This document shows, in pieces, positions 61,413-64,000 of a DNA stretch of 64,000 nucleotides. Source of the DNA: Lama guanicoe (lineage: Eukaryota); contig MU054132.1 in the NCBI GenBank assembly GCA_013239625.1, forward strand, positions 124,001-188,000, read 5' to 3'. How positions within the stretch are numbered: the stretch's first letter is position 1; each line of letters begins with the position of its first letter. Below the pieces are notes generated by a model that saw nothing but the letters and a program-made list of their open reading frames with translations, was not told the DNA's origin and searched no databases. The position numbers and the translations under genes were made by a program.

Positions 61413-64000
61413 TAGCTGCTCCTCGCTCTCCCTGCCATAACACAGTGGGAGCATAGCATCCTTTTCCCCCTCAGCACCACCCCCAGGGGCTCAGAGCAGC
61501 AATTCCGGGCAGTGCAAGCAGGCCAGGCGCCCGCAAGAGGCCCGTTGTGGTTTCTGGCACCTCCTGAGCCACACAAAGTCCCTGTGGAGAGCTGACAGAC
61601 CGGTGGTGACCTGAAGTATTCTGCCTGATCGGGGATGCAGCCACATGGCAATTACGGTAATTACAGGGGACTCCACTGAACCAGGACGAGGACGTGTCAT
61701 TTTTCCCTATCACTGGCCTCCTGATGCTTTTCCTGTAGTTTGGCCAACTTAAAGTGCCCAAGCCCAGGGGCCCCAGCAAGGCCACTGTTGGCCACAGTTC
61801 AGTCCTAAAGGCTCCCCAGTTCAGCCCAGCACACGTGGCTCCCAGGCTGCAAACCCTGCATTGTCAAATAACATTTCCCCAGAATGACTCACATCCACTT
61901 CAATTAAAAGCAAGAGACCCCTTTCTCCCTTGGACCTGGGAGTTGTTTGATGCGAAGTCATAACAGAAGCAGGCTTGGCATGCTCCCTTGAATTGTCCTT
62001 CCGGAGTAGGCGTCTGGAGTTAGAGAAAAGGGGGCCAAGAAATGTCAGCTGGATGAGGGAGGCCGCCAGGGTACAGAGCATAGACTGATAGAAGTTCCTA
62101 CAGGCCAAAGGGAGGAGCAGGGGCACAGGCAGTGAAGGAAAGGAAAACCCACGCCCCCGAAAAGGCTTCATGGAGGACGGGTCCTCTGAGCTGTAGATTG
62201 GTAGGATGGATGGGTGGTTTTGTCAGGTAGGCAGCTGGAAAGGCACCCTAGACAGGATAGTGTGGGCAGAGGTGGGTGGAAACAGCCTCCACCCAGGTCT
62301 CAGATAACCCCTGCAAGACATTTACTGAGTGTACCCTGGGTCAGGGGCTAAAGGGGCATTTAAGTTCCCAGAGGGGCAGAACTGATCACAAGGGCCCATC
62401 CAGATGTGAGCGCACCAGAGACAAGGACATCTAATTTGCATGTGCTTCTCCTGGCACCAGAAGTCCCCTACCTGCAAGAAAATATCCATTCCCCCCACTG
62501 CCATCGCTTCACGGCTAGGGTAGAAGGATCTGAGCAAGAGGCTTCATTTTGTTCCTAGCCAAGGCCAAGAATCCATCAGGCTTCTGAGTGGAGGACCCCA
62601 CAGACAGACAGGTGTGGCTATAGCCCCAGCCCAGGTGTCCAGAGAGGGGAACAACCCCCAGTACCGAGGCAGGGTTGGGGGAAGCATCTGCCCTGCAGAA
62701 GCCACAGAACCATCCAGGGTGCAGGTCCAGGGAGCAGCTCTGGGGCACCCTGGGGAGTACAGGTAAGGGCACTGTGGGGCTTCAAGACACACAATGGTTT
62801 CTCCCCACCTCTGCTTGGCCCTAGATGGTGGAGGTGTCTGGGGCCACACAGGAAAGTTGCAGTGTCAGACCCAAAGAGGCACCTGAACCTCAACTACACA
62901 GATGAACTTCCACTCTTAACCCCATTTACTAGAGAAGGTAAAGGCCTCTGAGCAGCAGGTCAGCACTTGTTACCCTCCATGCAGGGCTCTAGGGAGCAGG
63001 GATGACACAGCTCCGTCTCTGGGGAGGAAACTTCTTTCTCGCTTCCCAGTCTGCCTGGACCTGGGTGGTACAGCTGTTAGCGGAGCAGCACCCCTAGAAC
63101 CTTGTGGAGAGGCTGGAGCTGGACAGGGTGCTTCTGGAAGTCACCTCTACCCCCAGGGACTCCTATCCCAAGCCCCTGACTGGGCCCTGGAACTTGATCC
63201 AAGGAACTCTATTTCTCTGCTTCTTTGAAGAGAAGTAACCAGGCCAGGCTGGATGGGGCAGACCTGGAGTGAGGGGAGGTGCTCGCGTCCTGCTCTGGCT
63301 GCCAATAGCTGCCTCTGATTTCCCCTTAAAGCCCAGGCCTCCCAGGGACTCCAACCAGCCTTTGCAGAGAGCCTGAGTGGGCATGGTCCTGAGGAGGTAC
63401 CTGGTAGGGTGGCTGGGAGAGGTGGCCCAAGCCAGAAGAGTGGGGTTGGGGGCCAGACTTGGGCCTCAGGCATACAGAGGTCTGGAAGGGGGCAGAACCC
63501 AGCTCTTTGGATAAGAAAGGCCTGCTGTCTTCTCAGGCCTATCCTCGAACTGCAATGCACAGTCAGACTTGCTGCTGGGGCCCTCGTGCAGCCCCCCAGC
63601 CCCAGATTGCCCCTGGATGTCGATGTCTGCCTCATCCATTCATTCAGGAACCCAGTCCTTTAGCAGTAAATTCTGTGATTCTGGGGGAGACTCGGTGGGG
63701 CCACAATACTGGCTGAGGGATTGCACAAGATGACCTCAGGGGGTGCTCCAGCCCAGGCCACGTAGGTCTGATCCATCTTCCCCAAAATAGGACTGGCTTG
63801 TCCTCCCTGGCCCTCCTGCTCCTAGAGTCTGCCATGAAGTTATGTCTGGTCATCTGATTTATAATAGGAAGCAGCTCCATTCCCTCCCCTGAGGCTAGGG
63901 CCAAGGTGGTCAGACTGTGGGGGCCTTAGAAAAATAAACTCAGTCCAGCCGGGTCCTGGCAGCCCTGCCCTGCCCACCCCTAGACAGGCCAACTCCATGC

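Overview
Mammalian genomic DNA, probably camelid: three copies of a tRNA-derived SINE resemble the camelid Vic-1 type. The window matches the FAM240A - ALS2CL - TMIE block (human 3p21.31 synteny, from recall). It holds three recognisable genes. FAM240A is on + (two coding exons, 81 aa from the ATG at 14567). ALS2CL is complete on - (25 coding exons with canonical GT-AG boundaries, 2859 nt, 952 aa, plus a non-coding exon 1 in a CpG island). The first two coding exons of TMIE are on +. The first 27 kb is rich in L1, MLT, MER and MIR repeats. A 57-N assembly gap is flanked by a probable haplotypic false duplication. The most notable observation lies between FAM240A and ALS2CL (22223-29340, +): about seven exon-like blocks that, translated by hand with frameshifts, follow the domain order of an EHD (EH-domain dynamin-like ATPase) protein from N-terminal helix to EH domain. 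This looks like a decayed, intron-containing, divergent EHD-family paralogue. All protein comparisons were made by eye against remembered sequences and need confirming by search.
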